IMG/VR virus record: IMGVR_UViG_3300021964_000018
Location: 64,001 to 128,000 of that record
Direction: 5' to 3' (one strand)
Length of the DNA: 64,000 nt
From: a virus
This document shows, in pieces, positions 30,486-40,442 of the stretch. Position numbers and translations under genes: made by a program. The notes beneath the pieces are model-generated. The model made no database searches and had not been told where the DNA came from. It worked only from the letters and a program-made list of their open reading frames with translations. Each line of letters begins with the position of its first letter. Position 1 is the stretch's first letter.

Positions 30486-30756
30486 AATAATAAAAGGTAT
30501 TAAAGGCCTTGATGAAGAAAAAAGAAAAGAATTAGGAAAAAAAGTTGTTGATCAACTTTATCTTGATGACAAAGAAAAAGGTATTTTAGATGCGTTGCAA
30601 GAAAAAGCAGTTAGTCGAAAATTACTTGTTTTTATTGTAGCAACATGTTTATTGGTATGGTCAACACTTGACCCGTCTGATTGGTCATTGATTGCTTTAA
30701 TTTACATTGGTGGACAATCTGCAGTTGATATTGCCAAAGTTTGGAAAGGATTATAA
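30472..30756 (+). CDS. Holin-like two-TM membrane protein
   Basis: SRKLLVFIVAT...W..IALIYIGGQS.VD. Confidence 0.5.
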   Translation: MSENEIIKGIKGLDEEKRKELGKKVVDQLYLDDKEKGILDALQEKAVSRKLLVFIVATCLLVWSTLDPSDWSLIALIYIGGQSAVDIAKVWKGL

Positions 30757-30757
30757 A

Positions 30758-31096
30758 ATGAAATTGAATAGAAGAGAATTAAGAAAATTAATTCACGAAT
30801 CGATTAATGAAGCAATGTCGCATGAAAGAAATTTTAGAAAAGCGCAACTTGCTCATGATAATATGCAACAGCCTGATTTTTATGAAGGTGATCCATCAAG
30901 TTTTTATGCCTCGGATGAAGAAATATTTGATTTCGCTGTTGAAAATTTAATTGATTTACTAATTGATCGTGCAGTTGATGAAGGTATTTTAACTGATGAA
31001 CAAGTTGAAAACATGTCCGATGAAGAATTAATTCCAATATTAAGACAGAATTTTAAAAGTGATCTTTATAAAGATGAATATGATCAGTATAATTAA
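30758..31096 (+). CDS. Hypothetical protein with MKLNR leader
   Basis: MKLNRRELRKLIHES. Confidence 0.6.
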   Translation: MKLNRRELRKLIHESINEAMSHERNFRKAQLAHDNMQQPDFYEGDPSSFYASDEEIFDFAVENLIDLLIDRAVDEGILTDEQVENMSDEELIPILRQNFKSDLYKDEYDQYN

Positions 31097-31124
31097 TATA
31101 TATAAAAATTAACAGGAGTAAAAA

Positions 31125-31502
31125 ATGAAAATTACAAGAAAACAATTAAGAAGCTTAATCATGGAAGCAGCTGCTGACGTCGAACAAGGTGTGCGAGACT
31201 ATTTGTCTAGACCAGGGCGAGGAGATCAAGCACATTATAATCCATACCGGGATCCCAATACTGGCCGAGCAAGAGGATTCGGGACAGCAGCAGATTATGA
31301 TTTAACTGGCGAAGAAATAAGAGATCATGCTTTTGGAATGGATTCAGATATGTACGGTGAAGAAGATATTGAACGTGATCAATTTGATTCCGAAGTTCAG
31401 GCAGCATTAGATAAGCTTGTTGATGAAGGAATCTTAGAATTAACTTATGATGGTTATATCATGCTCGACCCGAAGCCTTTAAACAATAAAGGAATTTCTT
31501 AA
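31125..31502 (+). CDS. Hypothetical protein with MKITR leader
   Basis: AGGAG SD; MKITRKQLRSLIME. Confidence 0.6.
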   Translation: MKITRKQLRSLIMEAAADVEQGVRDYLSRPGRGDQAHYNPYRDPNTGRARGFGTAADYDLTGEEIRDHAFGMDSDMYGEEDIERDQFDSEVQAALDKLVDEGILELTYDGYIMLDPKPLNNKGIS

Positions 31503-31874
31503 ATGTTTTTCTTAAGAAAAGCTTGGGATTGGTGTGTTAAACACTGGAAGCTTTTATTGGTTTCCGTTGGTGGTTTTATAGCTTTTCTTATAGGGTATCA
31601 GCGTGCATCAAGAAATACACGGCGTGTTAAATTAGAATTAGACCTGACAAATAAAGACAAAGATCTTCTTGAAGAAAACAATGAAGCATTTCATAATGCG
31701 ACAATTAAACAGATTAAAGAATACGAAGTTGCAAAAGAAGATCTTCATCAAAAGAATATTAAGTCTTTGGCAGATATCGAGTTAAAAAAAGAAGAAGATA
31801 AAAAAGATATCCTAAATTCTGATGAAAAACTTGATAAAATACTTAAAGACAAATGGGGCTTAAAAAAAGAATAG
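31503..31874 (+). CDS. TM plus coiled-coil protein (i-spanin-like?)
   Basis: N-terminal TM followed by a charged helical domain; near the holin-like gene. Confidence 0.4.
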   Translation: MFFLRKAWDWCVKHWKLLLVSVGGFIAFLIGYQRASRNTRRVKLELDLTNKDKDLLEENNEAFHNATIKQIKEYEVAKEDLHQKNIKSLADIELKKEEDKKDILNSDEKLDKILKDKWGLKKE

Positions 31875-31890
31875 CCCGAGGAGAAACACA

Positions 31891-32301
31891 GTGTTAATGT
31901 TATTATTGGGCCTATTAAAACCATTGCAAGCTGAAGAAAAGTATACAGAATTAAAACAGGGAGAACCGGCGCCATATGCCGGTATTTTATTGACAAAAGA
32001 AGCAATTGCTAAAATATATGCTGATCAAGAGGCAGAAATTTCAAAATTAAAAGTCGAACATGAATATCAATTAAATAGTAGCAAATTATCTGCTGATACT
32101 AAATACAATTTACTTGACACGCGTTATAAATTAGATGTAGAAATGTATCAAGCAATGATAAAAAATAGAGATGACGCAATTAAAAAGCTACCTATATATT
32201 CACAAAGTTATAAATCTGACTTAAGTATGATTGGAGGATTTGTCTTTGGCGCAATAACTACTGTCGGAATTGTGTATTCAGTTAATAAAATCACAGAGTA
32301 A
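31891..32301 (+). CDS. Exported coiled-coil protein with C-terminal TM (spanin-like?)
   Basis: Signal peptide, G..APY.G.LL, C-terminal hydrophobic helix. Confidence 0.4.
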   Translation: MLMLLLGLLKPLQAEEKYTELKQGEPAPYAGILLTKEAIAKIYADQEAEISKLKVEHEYQLNSSKLSADTKYNLLDTRYKLDVEMYQAMIKNRDDAIKKLPIYSQSYKSDLSMIGGFVFGAITTVGIVYSVNKITE

Positions 32302-32329
32302 TAAATAATTATTTCTGTTGGAGATAAAA

Positions 32330-35272
32330 ATGAAAATACAAATTAACAAACATGTTTTAGAAGCTTTTAAAAAAAGACTACAAGAAAATAAATCGTCTCG
32401 AGGGGATATGGATTTTAATAGGACAACTGGTTTTTATGGAAATCACGGTTCTGTTAAATCTTTTACAGCGGGAGAAGATGACAGTGAAGAATTGCCTTTA
32501 GAGCCTAGCGCACACATGGCAACTCAATTATCATCCGAAGAACCGCCTGTAGATGATCCTGATTATGTTCCTGCTACAAATAAAGAGTTAGCATTAGCTT
32601 TGAGTAGAATTGCAAGGGAAGTTCCATTTGATCAAATTGAAAAATATTATAGAAAATCTCATAATACGTTAGATGATGTTTTAGATGCGCATGATGCCAA
32701 TCTATTTGAGGCAATTGATTATGAGAAAATTCATCCAATGCACCATAAGGCAATTAAAGATTTAATTAATCAGTATGTTAAAGGTAATTATTCTCCAGAA
32801 GATGCAGCTAAAATTATCAAAAACAATAGAAATGTTTCAAGATATCCAGGCGTAACACTCGATGACATTGTCGATGAATTAAATACAATAGCTAATGAAC
32901 TCGATCCACAAGAAAAAGACACAGCGCCTCTTGAGCCCTCTGATCCTTTTGTTAATCCTCCTGCTGAATTAAAAGACTTAAGCCCGGCTAAAGAAAAAAA
33001 GAAAATTGCAAAGGGTGTTGTAATTGACTATGACAAAGAAAACGCAAAAGTTAAAAAATCAAAAGCTAAGAAACGCCATAGAAAGTTAAAAGACATCGAG
33101 CCGCCCTCAGAAGAAGCAATGGATAAACGTGCTGAAGATGAAATGTTAGATATGCTAGCATCTGCATATTCAGAATTTACTGAGATGGATGAATATGCAG
33201 CAACATGGGACTGGAGCAATTATGAAAACGATGCTCCCTACTTGAAGGTCTTGTTTGATATTATTAAAGTATTGCATCAATTATCTTATAGGGTATTGCA
33301 AGCAAATTATATTAATAAGTATGGTGGTTATGTTTATGACCCGGACGCTGATGTGGGAGGAAACAAAAAAGGCGGTTTTGTTTTATTGCAACAAGGTCCT
33401 ACTTCGAGGCCTGAAGCGCAAGCAATGATAAGAAGAATATATGCAGATTTTGGATTAACATATGAAAATATGATGAGGCAGCAAAATATACTCAAAATGA
33501 GTATTGAAGATTTGTCCGCTGTAATTGAACGTGCTATGATTGGAATATTTCAAAGAGTACCACAATTATATGCTCAATATTTAAAAGCAACGCCTGTTCA
33601 CATGAAAAACGTTGGAATTGAAGGAGATCCTCAAGATGTCGCAAATGAAAACATTGGTTTTTTTGCAACAGTCTTGGCACATAAGTACAAAGGTGAATCT
33701 GAAATTTTAGATAGAGATCTGGTTAATGTTGCAATTGCAGGAATATTCAAAAGATGTTTGTTAGATTTGCCCACAGAGTTAGGAATTCAGACTTCTGTTA
33801 ATCTATCCATTGACACTTTAACTAAAAAGAAAAAACAAAAAACAGATAAAACGTTTGGTTTTAATTTAGCAGGTGCAACTCGAAGATTTGAAAAGTTAAG
33901 AAAAGATCCTAAAATTGCAAAGGTTATAAAAAAATTAATGCCTAAATTAATTTTAGGCAAAATTGAAGAAACAAAAACAGCAAAAGTCAGCAAAAAAGGC
34001 GGCAAATATAATTTTGAAGATAAGTCAACAGGATTAGGTTATGAATTAAGTGTAAAAGAACTTAAAAACAAAATTCAAATATATGTTGATGAAAGATTAA
34101 AAGGAAAGCAACCAACTTTTGATGAAGAAGAAGCAGAAAGAGAAGTAGATCTAGATCCGGAATATGATGCAGAAGCTGAAGAAAAAGAAATAAAAGGCAA
34201 ACTTTCAAAAGATGATTATGAAGTCAGAAAAGCTGTGCAGGAAATGGAAAAAATGATAGCGTCAGGTGATTGGATGCATATAGCACCACTTTTTGGATTT
34301 TCTGGAGCACCAGGTGTAAGACAATGGTATTTAAGATATCCGGAAAGAAAATTCATGATTATGACAGCTGCAAGATCTGACAATGCACCGGCCGGTGCTA
34401 AACGTTATTTAGATGTATTTAGAGAAATGAGAGAAAACTTAGGTAATAGTTTAATAACTTTAAACCAAAATACTCCTGGTGTATTAGACCTCATGATTGA
34501 TGAAATCGCCAACAAGGGCAGCTTAACAACATCAGATCAAGCAATGATTGAACTTTTAGAAGAAATGAGAGGAAACATTGAAGAATTATTAGTATTATAT
34601 GAAGACTATGATTCGTATGAAGAATTAGAAGAACAAAACCCAGAAGAACTTAAACGGCTATCAAATACACCTGGAGGATCACTTTTAAGATTTGGTATTG
34701 GAGCAGTCTTTGATAAAATCATCAAAGACATGGATACAGAATGGCATTCTGAAATGAAAGCTTATCTTGAAACTAAAAATGGTTTAAAAGAAAAAGATGC
34801 ACGTGATTTAGCATATTATTTTACCGGTCTTAAAAATAAGCCTAGTAAAGGAGACTTTTCCGAAGACAAAGATAAATTATCAAAAGCTGCTCAGGCCTTT
34901 GTTGACGTCGGAATGGAAGCTGAGGAGTTTTTTGAGGCATTAAGATATTCACAAGGATGGTTCTTTTCTACATTAGACAGGGAGCTTAGAAAAGGTGTAG
35001 AAGGAGACAATTATTATAATATGGTAAGAGATTTAACTAGTCAACCACTTTACAAAAAAGATAAAAAAGGTGTTATAAAACTTGATAAAAAAGTGTATAA
35101 CATATTTAAAAAGATGATTGAAGGCAAAAACGGTGCAATATCTGCTTATTTAGACAATTTAGCAATTGAAGAGTTTCAACAGGCAACTCAAAAAAAGATT
35201 GAAAAAATAAAGTCAGAAAAGCCTGAAATATTTATGGAAAATTTAAAAAATATTATTAGAAGGTTGATTTAG
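32330..35272 (+). CDS. Large hypothetical protein (possible head-associated)
   Basis: About 980 aa; LQE and FME motifs near the termini. Confidence 0.6.
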   Translation: MKIQINKHVLEAFKKRLQENKSSRGDMDFNRTTGFYGNHGSVKSFTAGEDDSEELPLEPSAHMATQLSSEEPPVDDPDYVPATNKELALALSRIAREVPFDQIEKYYRKSHNTLDDVLDAHDANLFEAIDYEKIHPMHHKAIKDLINQYVKGNYSPEDAAKIIKNNRNVSRYPGVTLDDIVDELNTIANELDPQEKDTAPLEPSDPFVNPPAELKDLSPAKEKKKIAKGVVIDYDKENAKVKKSKAKKRHRKLKDIEPPSEEAMDKRAEDEMLDMLASAYSEFTEMDEYAATWDWSNYENDAPYLKVLFDIIKVLHQLSYRVLQANYINKYGGYVYDPDADVGGNKKGGFVLLQQGPTSRPEAQAMIRRIYADFGLTYENMMRQQNILKMSIEDLSAVIERAMIGIFQRVPQLYAQYLKATPVHMKNVGIEGDPQDVANENIGFFATVLAHKYKGESEILDRDLVNVAIAGIFKRCLLDLPTELGIQTSVNLSIDTLTKKKKQKTDKTFGFNLAGATRRFEKLRKDPKIAKVIKKLMPKLILGKIEETKTAKVSKKGGKYNFEDKSTGLGYELSVKELKNKIQIYVDERLKGKQPTFDEEEAEREVDLDPEYDAEAEEKEIKGKLSKDDYEVRKAVQEMEKMIASGDWMHIAPLFGFSGAPGVRQWYLRYPERKFMIMTAARSDNAPAGAKRYLDVFREMRENLGNSLITLNQNTPGVLDLMIDEIANKGSLTTSDQAMIELLEEMRGNIEELLVLYEDYDSYEELEEQNPEELKRLSNTPGGSLLRFGIGAVFDKIIKDMDTEWHSEMKAYLETKNGLKEKDARDLAYYFTGLKNKPSKGDFSEDKDKLSKAAQAFVDVGMEAEEFFEALRYSQGWFFSTLDRELRKGVEGDNYYNMVRDLTSQPLYKKDKKGVIKLDKKVYNIFKKMIEGKNGAISAYLDNLAIEEFQQATQKKIEKIKSEKPEIFMENLKNIIRRLI

Positions 35273-35682
35273 TGTCTCGGTTATTAGAAAATATAATAAA
35301 TAAAAGTATGTCTATTGATTTTGACATGAGTAAAAGTTATAGTGAAAATATTAATAACAAAAACATATCAAAACTTACTAGCTCATTTAATGATGTACCA
35401 ATTGACCCAATTGAATCAACTTGGCAAGAAGTTAAATATGACAATAAATTATATTTCGAAAAAATTTATACTTTTAATGATACTAAACACATAAAATATT
35501 TTTTAAGCGAATATTTTGATGTGTATAAAAAACTAGGATATGAACCTGAATTATTTATAAAAGGCAGAAAAGTTAAAGTTTATTTAGGGAATCCAGTCTT
35601 TGGAGATGTTTCAGAGTTAGACATTCAATTTTCAAAATTCTTAGACGAAGTGTATGAAGATATATTTTATGTAAGAGATTGA
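35272..35682 (+). CDS. Pterin-4a-carbinolamine dehydratase-like (degenerate)
   Basis: W...K.YTF.D....F......P...I....V.V.L......VSELD......D pattern; the His residues are absent. Confidence 0.5.
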   Translation: MSRLLENIINKSMSIDFDMSKSYSENINNKNISKLTSSFNDVPIDPIESTWQEVKYDNKLYFEKIYTFNDTKHIKYFLSEYFDVYKKLGYEPELFIKGRKVKVYLGNPVFGDVSELDIQFSKFLDEVYEDIFYVRD

Positions 35683-35685
35683 TAC

Positions 35686-36012
35686 ATGTCTTTCTTTATA
35701 AGTGATGAGTTAAAAGATCAAATTAATATTAAAGATTCTGCTAAAGAAGAACAACCTGCAGCATCTTCTTTTTATTTCAAAATAAAAGAAACAAATTATT
35801 ATTTTGATTTAATTTCAATAAAAAGAAAAAACAGTATTTTAACAATGTTTGTCAAGGTCTCATCATACGATCCTATGTTTTTAGTAAAGCCTGATAGTGA
35901 TATTGAAGTATATGACAAAAATGAAATGTTAGGTTTTATGATATATAATGATATTTTTATTGAAAAAAAGAAATCTCATTACAAAATAAAGTTTAAAGTA
36001 TCAGTTTGCTGA
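35686..36012 (+). CDS. Hypothetical protein
   Basis: ORF in operon. Confidence 0.5.
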   Translation: MSFFISDELKDQINIKDSAKEEQPAASSFYFKIKETNYYFDLISIKRKNSILTMFVKVSSYDPMFLVKPDSDIEVYDKNEMLGFMIYNDIFIEKKKSHYKIKFKVSVC

Positions 36013-36042
36013 AATAAATATTAAAAGAATTAGGAGAAAGTT

Positions 36043-36813
36043 ATGATTAAAATTAACACCGAGCAAGAATTAATTCAGTTTTTAAAATTAATTTCTGAAG
36101 AAGCTGTTACGAAGTCTCAACAGGTTTTAGATAAAGATCCTTATATCCAACAATTTAAAATCGAAAATGAAAAAAATAACAAGATATATGAGCAAGAGGA
36201 AGAGGAAGCAGCAGAAGAAGAGGAACCTGCCGAAGAAGAGGAAGCTCCAGCTGAAGAAACTCCTGAGGATTCTGGTGAAGAAGAAGCAGAGGAAGAAGGC
36301 GGAGAAGATGTTGAAGAGGAAGATGACTTAAATCCTGCAGCAAAAAAAGCATTAGAACTTCCTGATTATAAATCAGGAGATGAAGTAACGATCGATCAAG
36401 TATTAACAGCAATTAATCTTGTTCGTGCTGGTAGTTCAACTAAAGATAAAAAGACAAAAACAGAAATTTCCGATTATTTTGATAGATTAGACAAAGAAGA
36501 AAAAGGAGTTTTATTAATCTTTTTAAAAGAGCTAGCAAAAATTATGACCGGAGCTACTGAAGGTGATGATGCTCAAGATCCTAGCGAGCCAAAAGCTTTC
36601 TTTGATATTATTACTACTAAAGATGAAGAAAAAGAAGAAAAACCCTCTCAAGATTCTGAAAAGTCTGCAGATGCTGGTTTAAAATCTAAAGAGCAAATTC
36701 AACCTGATAATCAGTCTAGGGGTGAAGAAGACACAACACCTCCAATTAGAGTCAATGAAGTACAAGATATGACAGCTCTTCGAAATAAAGTAAGAATGTT
36801 AATGAATGGATAA
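36043..36813 (+). CDS. Acidic hypothetical protein (possible head core/scaffold)
   Basis: AGGAG SD; long Glu tract; ISEE and VNE motifs. Confidence 0.55.
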   Translation: MIKINTEQELIQFLKLISEEAVTKSQQVLDKDPYIQQFKIENEKNNKIYEQEEEEAAEEEEPAEEEEAPAEETPEDSGEEEAEEEGGEDVEEEDDLNPAAKKALELPDYKSGDEVTIDQVLTAINLVRAGSSTKDKKTKTEISDYFDRLDKEEKGVLLIFLKELAKIMTGATEGDDAQDPSEPKAFFDIITTKDEEKEEKPSQDSEKSADAGLKSKEQIQPDNQSRGEEDTTPPIRVNEVQDMTALRNKVRMLMNG

Positions 36814-36816
36814 AAA

Positions 36817-37941
36817 ATGAAAATCAAAAGAAGCGACTTAGAAAAATTAATCCAAACTAATCTTATGAATGAAATTGTGTCATTATCTACTGGTGGTACA
36901 AATTATGAAACTGTAGATTATGAAAAGTGTGATATTAAAATACCACAAATTTTTAAAGATGTTTTTTTAAATACATTTTATGACGGTATAACGCCAAGAG
37001 AAGTTCGTTCTGCAATGTCCCAACATTTTGAAGAAAGCAATCCTAGATCAAATAAGGAAAAAGCAGCAAGAATAGCTGCTGTATTTAATGATGATGTTAT
37101 TAATAATATCACAAGTTTATTAACATCTTTTGCAAACATAGCAGGTGTTCCCGCTGTTGTTTGTAATTTTTTACAACTTGCAATAAATGAATTTGAAGAT
37201 CTTTTTAAGACATATGTTGATTTAGACAAAGATGAAGATAATAAGCTAGGTGATAATGTTTTACCTTTTGCTATTAAAAATTTAAAAGATGCATTGACAA
37301 TTGCAATGAGTAGGATTGAAACAGACTCGAATGGTATTAACACCGATATAATATTTATAGATCCTGCCGTTCCAATGCAAAACAACCCAGAATATAATTC
37401 TATATTACTTTTAATCTGCGGAGGTGAATTATTTGAAACACTTCCTCCAAAAGCAGGGGCCATGAAGCTTCAGGATGACGATAGGGAGTTTTTTGCTAAG
37501 CTAAAACAAATTGACAATACATTTATGGATTTTCAAGATGAAATGAATAGGCTTTATTCTAGATTAGATAAAAACTCTACATATATACGCATCGCCTCAG
37601 ATATGACGTCCATTATAAGCGAAAACTTAATTTCAAATAATTTATCTTCGGAACAGTCTAGTGTCGAAAGTGCTATCCAAAATGCATTGACAGATACTAA
37701 GCTTATTGAATCTTTAGAAAAAAATGATGCCGAAGCTTCAGAAGAAAAGGCGGTGGTTAATAAGAAAAAATATGTTAAAAGTTGTATTCAATTATTTGAA
37801 TATATATATTCAATGTGTTATTATCATTTAATAAATGTAATACCTAGAAGGTCAGGAACAAACGATATTCAAATATATTATGAAAATAATCCAAACTTTT
37901 ATACACTTCTTCGACAATTAGCACCAAAATATTTAAGGTAA
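36817..37941 (+). CDS. Hypothetical protein with MKIKR leader
   Basis: MKIKRSDLEKLIQ...MNE. Confidence 0.6.
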   Translation: MKIKRSDLEKLIQTNLMNEIVSLSTGGTNYETVDYEKCDIKIPQIFKDVFLNTFYDGITPREVRSAMSQHFEESNPRSNKEKAARIAAVFNDDVINNITSLLTSFANIAGVPAVVCNFLQLAINEFEDLFKTYVDLDKDEDNKLGDNVLPFAIKNLKDALTIAMSRIETDSNGINTDIIFIDPAVPMQNNPEYNSILLLICGGELFETLPPKAGAMKLQDDDREFFAKLKQIDNTFMDFQDEMNRLYSRLDKNSTYIRIASDMTSIISENLISNNLSSEQSSVESAIQNALTDTKLIESLEKNDAEASEEKAVVNKKKYVKSCIQLFEYIYSMCYYHLINVIPRRSGTNDIQIYYENNPNFYTLLRQLAPKYLR

Positions 37942-38007
37942 AATTTTTATATTTTAGATTTTCTCATTAATATTCCTTAATAAGTTTAACGTTATTAAGG
38001 AGAAGAC

Positions 38008-38361
38008 ATGCGTGACACAAAAAATTGGGTACCAGAAATCATGTACGAAGATGCTGAAGATGGTTTAACTTCTAAAATTCCTTTTATTATGGTTCCAAAA
38101 GAAGAAGAAATGCCAAAACTTTTATTTATGTTTGAAAGTAGAGAAACAGGTGAATATGAACCCGGGCCTGAGGGTGAGCAATTACCTATTATTGACATGG
38201 AATTACATCAATATGCTGACATGGTTTATTTGAAGCAGGGATTAACACCTGAATTATATGACCAAGTAAGACTATGTCTAGGATTAAAGCCTCTGTCTAC
38301 AGCTGTGGTTGAAGGTAAAGAAATAACTGATCGTATCAGAGAAAAAATTACTAATCAATAG
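38008..38361 (+). CDS. Hypothetical protein
   Basis: AAGGAG SD. Confidence 0.6.
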   Translation: MRDTKNWVPEIMYEDAEDGLTSKIPFIMVPKEEEMPKLLFMFESRETGEYEPGPEGEQLPIIDMELHQYADMVYLKQGLTPELYDQVRLCLGLKPLSTAVVEGKEITDRIREKITNQ

Positions 38362-38442
38362 GAATATTTAATTGCAACGTTATATGTATAACAAGTAAAG
38401 TTAAGTCGTAATTTTATTTAATAATAAAGGAGAAATTAAAAG

Positions 38443-38907
38443 ATGCGCTTAGATATGGATAGAATCTGTCAATTAGCAGGTATAAAAGGAACTAGTTCAC
38501 ACAGACGTACAGCAGGAATGCTTCGTGAAAGTGCTCATGATCAAGAAGAAGGTATGCATTACGAAGAAAAAGAAGCTGAAGAAGGTATGCATTACGAATC
38601 ATTAGATAAAGAAGAAGGCGAAGAAGGCGAAGGAGCAAACGAGATGGTAGAGATTGATGAAGTTATGTTAGTTCAAGAACTTCGTCGAGCTAAAAGATTA
38701 ATGAATGAGTCTAGAAAGAGAAAAGCCGCTAAGCGTCAACAACTTCAAGAAATGCAGCTTAAAGCTGTTATTGATCAAGAAGTTAAAAATGTTATCAAGG
38801 ACATGCAATTAAATTCTGGATGGGTTTACGGAGATAGAAAGCCAACTAGATCACGCAATGGTTTTACTCATCAAGGATCCTACCTTAAAGGTATTGGATT
38901 TAAGTAG
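38443..38907 (+). CDS. Hypothetical protein (prohead-core-like)
   Basis: R..QLAGI; LRES/MNES/LQE motifs; EEGMHYE duplication. Confidence 0.55.
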   Translation: MRLDMDRICQLAGIKGTSSHRRTAGMLRESAHDQEEGMHYEEKEAEEGMHYESLDKEEGEEGEGANEMVEIDEVMLVQELRRAKRLMNESRKRKAAKRQQLQEMQLKAVIDQEVKNVIKDMQLNSGWVYGDRKPTRSRNGFTHQGSYLKGIGFK

Positions 38908-38989
38908 GATATAATAATCTTACGACAATTTTATTTATAAATTTGTCCTATTTGACTGTATTATTACCTAGAATTAATTTGGAGGTAGT

Positions 38990-39436
38990 ATGGAGTATCA
39001 AGTAGGACAAATTTTGTATTTGTGTAATGAAAAGAAAATGAATATATTCCCAATACAAGTTGTTGAAGAAGTAATAAGAACAACTTTGGATGGAAAAGAA
39101 AAGACATATATTGTGATGTTGCCAGATAAAGAAAAAACTCAATTTAGTATTGATAAAGTCAAAGATGATTTATTTTTATCTTTGGAAGAAGTTAAAAATC
39201 ATATGATAAAAAATGCGACAACTGCAATAAACAATATGGCAAAATCAGCAAAAGATCTAGAAAGATTAGCATTTAATATCAAGCAAGAAAAAGAACAACA
39301 GCCTGTTTTAAAAGAAGTTCAAAATAATAATGACGTGCAAGTAGATACCAATGATGATATAATAACAGTGGACCTTGGCGGTGGCGTTAAGGCAAAAATG
39401 AATACAAAAAATCTAAACAAGGTAGCAAATCAGTGA
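38990..39436 (+). CDS. Hypothetical protein
   Basis: GGAGG SD. Confidence 0.6.
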   Translation: MEYQVGQILYLCNEKKMNIFPIQVVEEVIRTTLDGKEKTYIVMLPDKEKTQFSIDKVKDDLFLSLEEVKNHMIKNATTAINNMAKSAKDLERLAFNIKQEKEQQPVLKEVQNNNDVQVDTNDDIITVDLGGGVKAKMNTKNLNKVANQ

Positions 39437-40233
39437 AAGTTTTATTTTTAGACGCATATAATTTAATTTACAGAGCACGTAGCGGTTTCACACAAGGGGA
39501 GTATGCTGTTGTATATAACTTCTTCAGAGGTGTCAGGCCTTTAGTTGAAAAATTTTCACCTGATAAGGTGTACTTTGTATTGGAAGGCAATCCTAAATTT
39601 AGAAAACAACTTAGCGAAGGAAATTACAAAGGTAATAGAGAATCTGCAGGTGATGATTTTCATCGACAAAAAGCAGCAATTATTAATATTGTAGGTGAAC
39701 TGTTTCCATTTGAGTCTGTGAGACACCCAGAATTAGAATGTGATGATACAATTGCAACATTAGCAATGCAGCATGCAGCAGATGGAGATGAAATAACAAT
39801 TATTAGTTCAGATTCTGATTTTATTCAGTTGTTAAATATTGACAGGTACGATATTCAAATTTATAATCCTGTTAAAAAGAAATATTTTGAAACACCAGAG
39901 TATGATTACGTTACATGGAAGGCATTACGTGGAGATGCAACTGATAATATACCTGGTATTCCAGGTATTGGTGATAAAACTGCAACTAAAATCGTATCAG
40001 ATCCTCAAAAAATGAAAACGCTTCTTGAAAATAAAGAAAAAAGAGAAATATTTGAAAGAAATGTAAATTTAATTAGACTAGTTGATTTTTCTAACGACAT
40101 GTCAAAATTAGAAAGTAGAACCGGTTCTGGCGATTGGGATATGATCGAACAAACATTTGAAGATTTAGGTTTTGAATCAATGCTAAAAGAAAAGACATGG
40201 AACAAATACGTAAAAACATTTGAGGGGTTATAA
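39433..40233 (+). CDS. 5'-3' exonuclease / flap endonuclease (Pol I N-terminal, T4 RNase H-like)
   Basis: LDAYNLIYRA, YKGNR, ECDD.IAT, SSDSDF.QL, L.GD.TDNIPGI.GIG.KTA. Confidence 0.9.
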   Translation: MKVLFLDAYNLIYRARSGFTQGEYAVVYNFFRGVRPLVEKFSPDKVYFVLEGNPKFRKQLSEGNYKGNRESAGDDFHRQKAAIINIVGELFPFESVRHPELECDDTIATLAMQHAADGDEITIISSDSDFIQLLNIDRYDIQIYNPVKKKYFETPEYDYVTWKALRGDATDNIPGIPGIGDKTATKIVSDPQKMKTLLENKEKREIFERNVNLIRLVDFSNDMSKLESRTGSGDWDMIEQTFEDLGFESMLKEKTWNKYVKTFEGL

Positions 40234-40234
40234 A

Positions 40235-40441
40235 ATGTATTTAAGTGATGACGTACAAAAGACATTAAGAGGGTTAGGAAAAATATCCGAACAAGAGGTT
40301 GTAAAAAAAGAAGGCGACATATACGTTGCATTTAACGTTTTAACCAGCGAAAGTAGAATATTAACATCAGATCACCAACTGATTGAATCATTGTCATCAA
40401 ACAGAGGAGGTCGACCAAATCAACAAATTTTAAAGGGTTAA
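40235..40441 (+). CDS. Hypothetical protein
   Basis: GAGG SD; lacks GroES motifs. Confidence 0.5.
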   Translation: MYLSDDVQKTLRGLGKISEQEVVKKEGDIYVAFNVLTSESRILTSDHQLIESLSSNRGGRPNQQILKG

Positions 40442-40442
40442 T

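Noticed and set aside
38545-38598. 21-bp direct repeat GAAGAAGGTATGCATTACGAA
   Set aside because: Only two in-frame copies inside a low-complexity coding tract; a simple local duplication.
40235-40441. GroES candidate upstream of groEL
   Set aside because: Lacks the PLxDRV, mobile-loop GGI and VGxG features.
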